Part shown: positions 46,084-55,201 of the stretch, in pieces | How the letters are laid out: each line of letters opens with the position of its first letter | How positions within the stretch are numbered: position 1 is the first letter of the stretch | The notes under the pieces: model-generated | What the model was told of the DNA's origin: nothing | Database searches by the model: none | The model's input: only the letters and a program-made list of their open reading frames with translations | Source of the DNA: Clostridia bacterium | GTDB lineage: Bacteria > Bacillota > Clostridia > Oscillospirales > CAG-272 | DNA length: 64,000 nucleotides | Reading direction: 5' to 3' | Assembly: GCA_017456545.1 (NCBI GenBank) | Contig: JAFTJE010000033.1 | Coordinates: 3,793 to 67,792, forward strand | Program-made: the position numbers and the translations under genes

Positions 46084-46809
46084 ATGAATATGAAACACAA
46101 TGATATGAGAAACAAAAATGCTGTAGCTATTTTAGAATGCGTTAAAGAAAAGGGGTTATCAATTGAAGATATAAAATCCGAAACCGGCCTCAGTCATGTT
46201 ACCGTGAGAAAAATCGGAAATATGCTCTCCGATATGAAATACTTAAAGACATATAATATCATAGGAGATAAATTAGGTAGAAGAAGCCAATATTTTATCC
46301 TGTCTAACAGACCCTTCTCTGTTTATATGTTTGAAGACAAATATTCTTATATGGTAATTGGTATAAATTCCTTTGGCAATGTAATAATACGACATGACTA
46401 CATTAAAAAAATGAGATATACATATGAGGAAAACTTTTGGGAGGCTGTTAAATCAATTACTACACGCCCCGAGTATATTTACTGCCTTAATATATTTGCC
46501 AACTGCTATGACAGCTCCATATCTCTTTTCCCGGAATATATTACAGCAGTACGACTTAAAAAATTCATAGCTGAATATCTATGTCCGACAGACAGAGCTG
46601 TAATAATAGAATTTAACAAGGAATGCTATCTCTCTCTTTACGGTCACATAAACAAAACAAGTGCCACTCCCGAAGAAATACAAAAAATATTCCCCTGTGA
46701 TTATACAGTATCGTTTACGGGAGATCCTGTATTCGGTATGTTTGACGCATTACAATATGCCAACATTAAAGCGATGAAAGCGAATATACTAAATATTAAA
46801 GACCTTTAA
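46084..46809 (+). CDS. HTH protein with a ROK-repressor-like N-terminal module and a truncated, divergent C-terminus
   Basis: SETGLSHVTVRKIGNMLSDMKYLK...GDKLGRRSQYFILS follows the ROK/NagC N-terminal pattern (GLS..TV...GRRp..l.l). No sugar-kinase glycine loops or CxCGxxGC zinc motif are visible. The start is 46084 or 46090. Confidence 0.5.
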   Translation: MNMKHNDMRNKNAVAILECVKEKGLSIEDIKSETGLSHVTVRKIGNMLSDMKYLKTYNIIGDKLGRRSQYFILSNRPFSVYMFEDKYSYMVIGINSFGNVIIRHDYIKKMRYTYEENFWEAVKSITTRPEYIYCLNIFANCYDSSISLFPEYITAVRLKKFIAEYLCPTDRAVIIEFNKECYLSLYGHINKTSATPEEIQKIFPCDYTVSFTGDPVFGMFDALQYANIKAMKANILNIKDL

Positions 46810-46831
46810 TCAATTTATTAAAGGTCTTTTT
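46798..46831 (+). terminator. Rho-independent terminator
   Basis: The arm aaagaccttta pairs with taaaggtcttt, followed by a T-run. Confidence 0.8.
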
Positions 46832-46853
46832 ATTGTATTACAATAAATTTTTA

Positions 46854-46882
46854 TTGACATACAGCTAAGTATATTATATAAT
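46854..46882 (+). promoter_or_regulatory. Consensus sigma-A promoter of the DUF2975-HTH-flavoprotein operon
   Basis: TTGACA, a 17-nt spacer, then TATAAT. Both hexamers are exact. Confidence 0.65.
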
Positions 46883-46905
46883 ATAACAAAAAGGAGGTAA
46901 ATTAT

Positions 46906-47367
46906 ATGAATAAAAAATTATCAATACTGATTACATTTGTACTTATATTACTCGTAATGAGCAGCACAGCCATGTTTATCTTTTGGTTACCGGATGTGGC
47001 AATATATATAGGAGGTTTTATAAACAAAAATTACTCTATCATATATATTTTATCCTCTGTTATTTATACACTAACAGTAGCAATTTTTATAACAGGCTCA
47101 TATTTTATTTACGCTATATATAAGGATATAATTTTTGATAAAAAAACATCTACTGTCCTTACTACAATAGGCATAATGCTGCTTTTGAATTGCTCTGTTC
47201 TTATAGCTTCAAGCATCTGGATACTTTCTATAGGTGAAAGCTTATTATCTCCTGCTCTTATTTTTGTCTCTGCTCTTGGATATACTGTGTCCTCAGTATT
47301 ATTAATTCTTTCAAGCTATGTTAAAAAAGCTACTGAATTAAAGGAGGAGGTAGATCTTACTCTATGA
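46906..47367 (+). CDS. DUF2975-type (YoaS-like) four-TM membrane protein
   Basis: A ~150-aa protein with four hydrophobic segments and the C-terminal tail LKEEVDLTL typical of this family. A GGAGG ribosome-binding site is present. Confidence 0.65.
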   Translation: MNKKLSILITFVLILLVMSSTAMFIFWLPDVAIYIGGFINKNYSIIYILSSVIYTLTVAIFITGSYFIYAIYKDIIFDKKTSTVLTTIGIMLLLNCSVLIASSIWILSIGESLLSPALIFVSALGYTVSSVLLILSSYVKKATELKEEVDLTL

Positions 47368-47579
47368 TAATAATAAATATAGATGTAATGCTTGCAAAAA
47401 GAAAAATGTCCGTAGGTGAGCTATCAGAAAAGGTCGGTTTCACAATGGCAAATGTTTCTCTGCTTAAAAACGGTAAAATAAAAGCATTTAAGATATCTAC
47501 TCTTGATAAGCTATGTGAGGTTCTTAAATGTCAGCCCGGAGATCTACTTGAATATGTAGACGGTGAGGATAATGAATAA
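47364..47579 (+). CDS. YozG-type XRE-family HTH regulator (71 aa)
   Basis: DVMLAKRKMSVGELSEKVGFTMANVSLLKNGKIKAFKISTLDKLCEVLKCQPGDLLEY. Its start overlaps the upstream stop as ATGA. Confidence 0.8.
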   Translation: MIIINIDVMLAKRKMSVGELSEKVGFTMANVSLLKNGKIKAFKISTLDKLCEVLKCQPGDLLEYVDGEDNE

Positions 47580-48627
47580 GCATTATAATATTGTAATAAT
47601 AGGTGCCGGTCCCTCCGGATGTATATTTGCTTCAGAGCTATATAAGAGTAATAAAAATTATTCCATAGCACTTATTGACGGACAAACAGAGGAAAATAAA
47701 AAGCCCTGTGGTGGTCTTCTTGCTCCCGATGCCCAAAAGGAGCTTACAAAGCTGAATCTCACTCTCCCCAAATATATATTGACCGACCCTCAAATATTTG
47801 AGGTTGAAACAATAGACTTAAAAAGCCGTATCAAAAAATATTATCAAAGACATTATCTGAATATGGACAGATACAAATTTGATAAATGGCTTCTCTCCTT
47901 GATTCCGGAGGGAGTTGATGTAATCAATGACAGATGTATCTATATTAGAAAAAGTGAATCAATTTATAATTTGAAGCTGAAGAACGGTGTTGAAATATCC
48001 TGTGATTATATTGTCGGTGCAGATGGTGGAAGCTCAATAGTCAGAAGAACACTTTTCCCTGCTCTGACCTACAGGTATACCTCCATACAAGAATGGTTCA
48101 AATGTGATAAGGGTTTATTTCCATACTATTCCTGTATATTTGACCCAAATACAAGTGACAGCTGCTCCTGGACTATATTCAAGGATGATTACATAATATA
48201 CGGCGGTGCCTTCAAAACATTGGACTGTAAAACAAGGTACGAAGAACAGAAAAAAATGGTCGAAGAGTATATTGGTTATAAATTCGGTAAGCCTGAAAGA
48301 ACTGAGGCATGTATGCTTTCAAGTCCACGGAAATGGAAGGATTTTTTGTGTGGAAGGGAAAATGCCTATTTAATCGGTGAAGCCGCAGGATTTATAAGCT
48401 CCAGCTCCTTTGAAGGAATCAGCTCTGCTCTTGCAAGCGGTAAAATGCTATCATTGGCATTTATAAACAGTAAAAAAAGTAAAAATATATTGAAGCTATA
48501 TAAAAAATATTCTTTTAAGCTCAGAATCAAATTATATTTGAAAACCTTAAAAAGAAAAATACTGTGTTCTCCCTTTTTAAGATTTATAATTATGAAATCC
48601 GGTATCAAAAGTATAAAAAAATATTAA
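47572..48627 (+). CDS. FAD-dependent oxidoreductase, geranylgeranyl-reductase-like
   Basis: IVIIGAGPSGC (dinucleotide fold), KPCGGLL, VGADGGSSIVRR, LIGEAAGFISSSSFEGISSALASG, and a Lys-rich amphipathic C-tail. Its start overlaps the yozG-like stop. Confidence 0.7.
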   Translation: MNKHYNIVIIGAGPSGCIFASELYKSNKNYSIALIDGQTEENKKPCGGLLAPDAQKELTKLNLTLPKYILTDPQIFEVETIDLKSRIKKYYQRHYLNMDRYKFDKWLLSLIPEGVDVINDRCIYIRKSESIYNLKLKNGVEISCDYIVGADGGSSIVRRTLFPALTYRYTSIQEWFKCDKGLFPYYSCIFDPNTSDSCSWTIFKDDYIIYGGAFKTLDCKTRYEEQKKMVEEYIGYKFGKPERTEACMLSSPRKWKDFLCGRENAYLIGEAAGFISSSSFEGISSALASGKMLSLAFINSKKSKNILKLYKKYSFKLRIKLYLKTLKRKILCSPFLRFIIMKSGIKSIKKY

Positions 48628-48666
48628 TAAAAACTGACTGTACCTCATTGTACAGTCAGTTTTTTG
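48628..48666. terminator. Bidirectional terminator (flavoprotein gene / polC convergent)
   Basis: The arm aaactgactgtac pairs with gtacagtcagttt. Confidence 0.8.
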
Positions 48667-48675
48667 CTTATATTA

Positions 48676-51600
48676 TCAGAACATAGATATCTGATTAGTG
48701 GCAGACATATTACCGAAAACCCCGTTATCCTGTAAAAGCTGCATTACAGTTTTCGAGAGGGAGGTTTTTTGATGGAAATCCTCTATTGAGAATACCTCTC
48801 CACTGTCACGGGCCTCTGCAATCTTTTCTGCTGCCGTGTCACCGACACCTGCGATAGATGAGAAAGGAAGCCTTATTTTACCGTCCTCGGGTAAAAACTT
48901 AAATGCGTCTGATTTGTAAAAATCAACAGGTAAAAATTCAATATTTCTTGCAAGGCATTCATAAGCTAACTGAAGGGCAACAACCATTTCCTTTTCCTTC
49001 TGTGTTGCATCCATACCCTTCTTTTCTATTTCTTCAAGCCTATCAAGAATACCACGCTTACCTCTTGATACCATGGATGCCTCAAAGCCTCCGGGTGCAA
49101 CCGTAAGATATGCAGCGTAAAACTCCATAGGATAATAGATTTTATACCATCCAAGACGGATAGCGGATATGTCGTATGCAACAGCGTGTGCCTTTGGAAA
49201 CATATATTTGATTTTTTTACAGGAGCTAATATACCATTCGGGCACATTATTTGCCTTCATAGCCTCCTCGTACTCGGGCTTAACTCCCTTGCCCTTACGC
49301 ACATCCTCCATTATCTTGAACGCCATACTCTTATCAAGGCCCTTATAAATGAGGTAAATCATAATACTGTCTCGTGTTCCCACAACCTCGGAAATAGTAC
49401 ATGTACCCTTCTTTATAAGATCCTGTGCGTTACCGAGCCATACATCCGTACCGTGTGAAAGTCCGGATATCTGCAGTAAATCCGAGAAATTCTTTGGTTT
49501 CGAATCCTCAAGCATCTGCTGTACGAACCTTGTGCCAAGCTCGGGTAATCCGTATGTACCTACAGTGCATTTAAGATCCTTAAGTAGATCCTTAGACCCA
49601 AGTGGCTCTGTACTTAACAAAAGCTCATAGACCTTTTTGTCATTCATCGGAACATCAAGTACAGATGTACCTGTATATGTTTCAAGCATTTTATACTTTG
49701 TTGGAATATCATGTCCTAACTCATCAAGCTTAAGAAGTGTATCATGAAGATACTCAAAGGTAAAATGAGTGGTTATAATGTCAGATGTAGCATCGTCTGC
49801 AGGGTGCTGTACGGGACAAAAATCATAAATCTCGTTTTCCTTAGGTACAACCACTATTCCTCCCGGGTGCTGTCCGGTAGTTCTCTTTACACCTGTGCAA
49901 AGCTCTACAAGTCTTGCAACCTCTGCCTTATTAACTGTTATCTTATGCTCATCCATATAGTTGGCAATATAACCATAGGCAGTTTTGGGTGCTATTGTAC
50001 CGATTGTTCCTGCTCTGAAAACATTTTCAGCACCGAAAAGATCCTCTGTATATTTATGGACCCTACCCTGTACATCTCCTGAAAAGTTAAGGTCTATATC
50101 AGGAGATTTATCTCCCTTAAAGCCAAGGAAGGTTTCAAATGGGATATCGTGACCCTCATTCAGCATTTTTTTACCACAGTGAGGACAGCTTTTATCCGGT
50201 AGGTCAAAGCCCGAGCCTACACTACCGTCAGTAATAAATTCGCTATATTTACATTTGGGACAAACATAATGAGGCTGAAGGGGATTAACCTCCGATATAC
50301 CTGCCATAGTGGCAACAAAGGACGAGCCTACCGAGCCTCGGGAGCCTACAAGATAACCCTGACTTTCGCTGTAATAAACGAGCTTCTGTGCTATCATATA
50401 TAAAACAGCAAATCCGTTTTTTATTATAGAAGTAAGCTCTTTTTCAAGCCTTTCCTTTACTATATCGGGAATTACACCCCGGAAGCCGTACATATTCATA
50501 GCTCTGTCCCAGCACATTTTCTGAAGATCCTCCTCTGCACCCTCCATCTTAGGTGTGAAGGTACCCTTCGGGAAGGGTCTTATATCCTCATAATCGATCA
50601 TATCAGCTATTTTATTTGTGTTGGTAACAACAACCTCATATGCCTTTTCCTTGCCTAAATATTCAAATTCGGCAAGCATCTCCTCTGTTGTTCTGAAATA
50701 TAGACCGGTATCGCTGTCTGCATCTGCAAATTTCTGTCCTGCAAGAAGAATTTTTCTGCAAATTTCATCCTCTTTATTGATAAAATGTGCATCACAGGTT
50801 GCAACAACCGGCTTACCTAACTTTTCTCCAAGCTCTATAATTCTTTTGTTAAAGTTTTTAAGGTCCTCAACAGTTGCATCTCCCTTTCGTACCATAAACA
50901 TATTGTTACATAGGGGTTGAATTTCAAGATAATCATAAAAATCTGCTATTTCCTCTATTTCGGTTTCACTTTTTCCGTCAACTATAGCCTGAAATAGCTC
51001 TCCTGCCTCACAGGCAGAACCTATTATTAGTCCTTCACGAAGCTCCATAAGCTCTGTTTTAAGAACTCTCGGGTGCTTCTTGTAATATTTCAAAAATCCG
51101 TTAGAAATAAGCTTGTATAAATTCTTAAGGCCTATTCTGTTCTTAACGAGAATTATCTGATGATATGAATTAAGCTTCAAAGGATCTGTATTGTTTCTTA
51201 TTTGGTTTACCATGGAATCAATATCATAAATTCCCTCAGCACGAAGCTTATCAAACATACACACAAGGACCTTACCAAGCATTTCTGCATCATTAAAGGC
51301 TCTATGATGCTCAAATTCTCCTAATTTGAAATATTTAACAATGATATCAAGCTTATGTCTTTTAAGATCAGTATTTACATATCTTGATAAAGCAAGAGTA
51401 TCAAGGTAAGAATAATTAAACTCTATACCGAGCTTATTGCATGCCTGTCTTATAAATCCTGTATCGAAGGTTGCATTATGGGCAACTAACATCCTGTCAC
51501 CCACAAATGCAAGGAATTCAGGCAGAACCTTATCTATAGTTCTTGCATCTCTTACCATATCATCGGTAATTCCTGTAATCTCAACAATGTTCTGTGGTAT

Positions 51601-53058
51601 AGGCATTTCCGGATTAACAAAAGAATTATATGTATCTATAACCTCTCCATCCTTGATAATAACTGCACCTATTTCCGTAATTCTGTCGTTTATATTTGAT
51701 TTACCAGTAGTTTCTATATCAAAAACACAAAACTCACCGTCAAAATCTACATTTTTACTACCCGAAACAGGAATTGAAGTATCATTTACGAAGTATGCCT
51801 CCATACCGTAAATTATCTTCATATCATGCTTTTCACTTGCCAGCATAACAGGAGGAAAGCCCTGTACATTACCGTGGTCGGTAATTGCAACTGCCTTATG
51901 TCCCCATTTTTTTGCAAGCTTTACTATTTCTGTAGGCTCAATTGTAGCATCGAGCTGTGACATCATTGTATGCAGATGCAGCTCTACCCTTTTTTCGGGG
52001 GCGTTGTCCATCCTTTCAATAATGCCAATTCTATAAACATCAGTATAGATAAGCTGTAGCTCGTTATCAAATGTATCAGTCTTTACAATACATCTTATAG
52101 CATAAGCCTCACCCTTTTTGAAAATGGATAAAAGCTCCTCCTTTTCCGACGCAGAAACAACATCCTTAATATAAATAGATGAAATATTATCGGTAATTCC
52201 TATCTGTACAGCAATAGAGCTTCCTCTTTTAATGGGCTTTTCTGTTATTTCAAAAACCTTTCCTAAAACAACTATGCCGTGCATACCGTTTTCTATTTTG
52301 GAAATAGGAACTATGTTTTCAATTTCAAAGGCTCCTCCTGCAACATATTCCTTTACGGAAATGTCAAAGGTCATAGCCCCACATTTCACCTTGCCGTCCT
52401 TAATAACAGCTCTTTCCTCAGATTCGTTAAAGGACATAGATTTTTTATATTCCGCCCTCATTTCCTTAATAGAGGCTTCTTTCTCCTCCTTGGTGGATTT
52501 TGCATTTGCTATCTTCTGCTGTTCAAGTGCCTTTTTTAAGGTGCTTATTTTTTCTTTTTCAAAATTATTATGTACCTTTTCATAATCCTCCCGTTGTTTA
52601 ACAGTAACAGGAATCCGAACACCAAACTCATCAAATATTATATCCGATATGATATTATTTGTATGTCCATTTTCTAAAAGGTCTATGCCACCTTTAATAA
52701 AAGGTACCTTTATAACAATATTATCGTAAGAAAAATCATAAGTATAATCTGAAAAGAAGCCCTGGCTTATAGCACCTCTTTTATATGTTTCAAAAATTAT
52801 ATCGTCAATATAATCGGCAGACAAAAGAGATGAGTCGTATTTTGTTGCAATACTCAGTCTGTTTAACCCATAAGCACTTTTAATCTCATCAATAAAGCTG
52901 TAAAGCTTGTCCTTTCTGACAATTTCGGTAAAACGAACTGTTATGTTCATATAACGAAGCTCTTTTTCAACCTTTGTAGAAAGCACCTCTCCATCCTTCA
53001 TCATAGAAATAAAGCTGTCTGTCGGAGTATATTTCGGAAATCTCTCTATTAAATTCAT
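48676..53058 (-). CDS. polC: DNA polymerase III PolC-type alpha subunit
   Basis: A 1460-aa protein with an inserted DEDD exonuclease (FCVFDIETTG, HNATFD), a PHP domain (VELHLHTMMS), and a zinc-finger region (CPKC...CPHCG). Confidence 0.97.
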   Translation of the reverse strand: MNLIERFPKYTPTDSFISMMKDGEVLSTKVEKELRYMNITVRFTEIVRKDKLYSFIDEIKSAYGLNRLSIATKYDSSLLSADYIDDIIFETYKRGAISQGFFSDYTYDFSYDNIVIKVPFIKGGIDLLENGHTNNIISDIIFDEFGVRIPVTVKQREDYEKVHNNFEKEKISTLKKALEQQKIANAKSTKEEKEASIKEMRAEYKKSMSFNESEERAVIKDGKVKCGAMTFDISVKEYVAGGAFEIENIVPISKIENGMHGIVVLGKVFEITEKPIKRGSSIAVQIGITDNISSIYIKDVVSASEKEELLSIFKKGEAYAIRCIVKTDTFDNELQLIYTDVYRIGIIERMDNAPEKRVELHLHTMMSQLDATIEPTEIVKLAKKWGHKAVAITDHGNVQGFPPVMLASEKHDMKIIYGMEAYFVNDTSIPVSGSKNVDFDGEFCVFDIETTGKSNINDRITEIGAVIIKDGEVIDTYNSFVNPEMPIPQNIVEITGITDDMVRDARTIDKVLPEFLAFVGDRMLVAHNATFDTGFIRQACNKLGIEFNYSYLDTLALSRYVNTDLKRHKLDIIVKYFKLGEFEHHRAFNDAEMLGKVLVCMFDKLRAEGIYDIDSMVNQIRNNTDPLKLNSYHQIILVKNRIGLKNLYKLISNGFLKYYKKHPRVLKTELMELREGLIIGSACEAGELFQAIVDGKSETEIEEIADFYDYLEIQPLCNNMFMVRKGDATVEDLKNFNKRIIELGEKLGKPVVATCDAHFINKEDEICRKILLAGQKFADADSDTGLYFRTTEEMLAEFEYLGKEKAYEVVVTNTNKIADMIDYEDIRPFPKGTFTPKMEGAEEDLQKMCWDRAMNMYGFRGVIPDIVKERLEKELTSIIKNGFAVLYMIAQKLVYYSESQGYLVGSRGSVGSSFVATMAGISEVNPLQPHYVCPKCKYSEFITDGSVGSGFDLPDKSCPHCGKKMLNEGHDIPFETFLGFKGDKSPDIDLNFSGDVQGRVHKYTEDLFGAENVFRAGTIGTIAPKTAYGYIANYMDEHKITVNKAEVARLVELCTGVKRTTGQHPGGIVVVPKENEIYDFCPVQHPADDATSDIITTHFTFEYLHDTLLKLDELGHDIPTKYKMLETYTGTSVLDVPMNDKKVYELLLSTEPLGSKDLLKDLKCTVGTYGLPELGTRFVQQMLEDSKPKNFSDLLQISGLSHGTDVWLGNAQDLIKKGTCTISEVVGTRDSIMIYLIYKGLDKSMAFKIMEDVRKGKGVKPEYEEAMKANNVPEWYISSCKKIKYMFPKAHAVAYDISAIRLGWYKIYYPMEFYAAYLTVAPGGFEASMVSRGKRGILDRLEEIEKKGMDATQKEKEMVVALQLAYECLARNIEFLPVDFYKSDAFKFLPEDGKIRLPFSSIAGVGDTAAEKIAEARDSGEVFSIEDFHQKTSLSKTVMQLLQDNGVFGNMSATNQISMF

Positions 53059-53066
53059 TTTATGTC

Positions 53067-54155
53067 CTATTCGTAATCTCTGATTTTTTCTAATTCCTTC
53101 AAAAGAACATTTATTATCTCATCTTCCGGGATTTTTTTAATGATTTCTCCGTTTTTGAATAAAACGGCTTCACCCTTTCCTCCCGCAATTCCTATATCAC
53201 ATTCCTTTGCTTCTCCGGGACCGTTTACAACACATCCCATCAAAGCAACCTTAATATCCTTTCCCTTTGTGTCAAAGCCTTCTGTTGCCTTTTTGAACAT
53301 AGAGGAAAGGGCTATTAAATCAATTTTAGTCCTGCCACATGTAGGACAGGAAACAATTTTTATTCCTCCCTTAGAATAAAAGCCTAAGGAATTAAGTAGT
53401 TCCTTTCCTGCTTTTATTTCCTCCAATGGATCAGCGGTCAGGGATACTCTGATCGTATCTCCTATACCGTCACATAAAAGAGAGCCTATTCCTGCACTGC
53501 TTTTCACAAGACCACTGTATGAATCTCCGGCTTCCGTAACTCCTAAATGTATGGGATAATTACACCTTGAAGCTATAATCCTGTTAGTCTGTATCATATT
53601 ACGCACATCGGATGATTTAACAGATATTACAATATCCTCAAAGCCGTATTTTTCAAGCAGTGATACATGATAAAAAGCACTTTCAGCCAATGCCTCGGGA
53701 GTTGGAGACCCATATTTTTCAAGTATATGCTTCTCCAATGAACCACTGTTTACCCCTATTCTGATAGGCACACCGGCATCCTTACAAGCATTGCACACTT
53801 CCCTTATCTTCCATTCTTCACCTATATTACCTGGATTAATGCGAATTTTATCGATTCCTGCCTTAACACATTCAAGTGCTATACGGTAGTCAAAGTGAAT
53901 ATCGGCAACAACAGGAATAGTAATACCTGCAAGTTTTATTTTTTTTACAGTTTCAACAGATGCGATGTTGGGTACTGTAATTCTAACAATATCACACCCA
54001 ACATTCTGGAGAGCTTTAACTTGTGAGATAGTAGCAGCAGCATTTTCCGTATCTGTATTGGTCATAGATTGAATAAGTATATCTGAGCTTCCTCCGATTG
54101 TCTTATCTTTAATCCTTACTTCTTTTGTTTTTCGTCTTATTTGATTATAGCTCAT
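53067..54155 (-). CDS. ispG: 4-hydroxy-3-methylbut-2-en-1-yl diphosphate synthase
   Basis: IQSMTNTDT, RINPGNIG, and C-terminal 4Fe-4S ligands (SCPTCGR...GCVVNGPGE). Confidence 0.95.
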   Translation of the reverse strand: MSYNQIRRKTKEVRIKDKTIGGSSDILIQSMTNTDTENAAATISQVKALQNVGCDIVRITVPNIASVETVKKIKLAGITIPVVADIHFDYRIALECVKAGIDKIRINPGNIGEEWKIREVCNACKDAGVPIRIGVNSGSLEKHILEKYGSPTPEALAESAFYHVSLLEKYGFEDIVISVKSSDVRNMIQTNRIIASRCNYPIHLGVTEAGDSYSGLVKSSAGIGSLLCDGIGDTIRVSLTADPLEEIKAGKELLNSLGFYSKGGIKIVSCPTCGRTKIDLIALSSMFKKATEGFDTKGKDIKVALMGCVVNGPGEAKECDIGIAGGKGEAVLFKNGEIIKKIPEDEIINVLLKELEKIRDYE

Positions 54156-54157
54156 AT

Positions 54158-55183
54158 CTATCCTCTGTTTATCAGGAATATAGTATCCTTAAAAATCAAT
54201 ACAATAGCAAGAAGCATTAACAGTGCAAAGCCAACTGCCCGTATTCCGTTTTCTATTCTTGGTGGCAGCTTCTTTTTAGTTATCATTTCTATAAATGTAA
54301 GGAGTAGTGTACCACCGTCAAGTGCAGGTATGGGTAAAAGATTCATAATTCCCAGGTTCATACCAATCAATGCAACAAGATAGAAAAATGATTCTGCACT
54401 GGTTTTAGCAGCAGTTGTCATTGCATCGGTAATTCCTACAGGTCCTGAAACCTGTTCAAGACCGTATTTACCTGTAATAAGACCTCCGATAGAATCCCAA
54501 ACGGATTTTACTGAATATTTACAGGTGTGAAATGTATTTTTCATAACTGAGGAAAAGCTCCTTCCCTCACCGTATACAGTAAAGTCTGGGGCACCAAAGG
54601 TTGTACCCTGTAATTCATATGACGGGAAAATTACATTGGAAATTGTAATTTCCTCTCCGTTTCGTATTACTGTTACAGTAACAGGAGCACCGCCATTCAT
54701 ATTGATTTCATAGCTTAAATCTCCTGCTGTATAAACATTTGTACCGTTTATCTCTATTATTTCATCATTTTTCATAAGTCCGGTATCGTCGCTAATAGCG
54801 TCTTTACCAAAATCATAAATAATTGTAGTGCCGAATCTGGGAGTACAAAGTGTTATGATGAAAAATATCAGTATGGACACAAGGATATTCATAGTTGCAC
54901 CGGCAATTACAATTATAAATCTTTTCCACGGTGCTTTTTTTGTAAAGGCATCCGGATGATTGCTCTCATCATCCTCTCCTTCCATAGCAACAAATCCTCC
55001 TATGGGAAGAACTCTTAATGAGTATATTACACCGTCTTTTCCTTTTTTTGAAAAAATTTTGGGTCCCATACCTATGGAAAACTCATTTATTGCAACCTTA
55101 AATTTTTTTGCAAATATAAAATGACCGAGTTCATGAATAAAAATCATGAACCCAAATACAAGTATAGCTATTAAAATATACAA
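54158..55183 (-). CDS. rseP: RIP site-2 metalloprotease RseP/RasP
   Basis: Has the HELGH motif in TM1, a central PDZ-like region, and NLLPIPALDGG. Confidence 0.9.
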   Translation of the reverse strand: MYILIAILVFGFMIFIHELGHFIFAKKFKVAINEFSIGMGPKIFSKKGKDGVIYSLRVLPIGGFVAMEGEDDESNHPDAFTKKAPWKRFIIVIAGATMNILVSILIFFIITLCTPRFGTTIIYDFGKDAISDDTGLMKNDEIIEINGTNVYTAGDLSYEINMNGGAPVTVTVIRNGEEITISNVIFPSYELQGTTFGAPDFTVYGEGRSFSSVMKNTFHTCKYSVKSVWDSIGGLITGKYGLEQVSGPVGITDAMTTAAKTSAESFFYLVALIGMNLGIMNLLPIPALDGGTLLLTFIEMITKKKLPPRIENGIRAVGFALLMLLAIVLIFKDTIFLINRG

Positions 55184-55201
55184 TTCTTTTACCTCGTTAT
55201 A

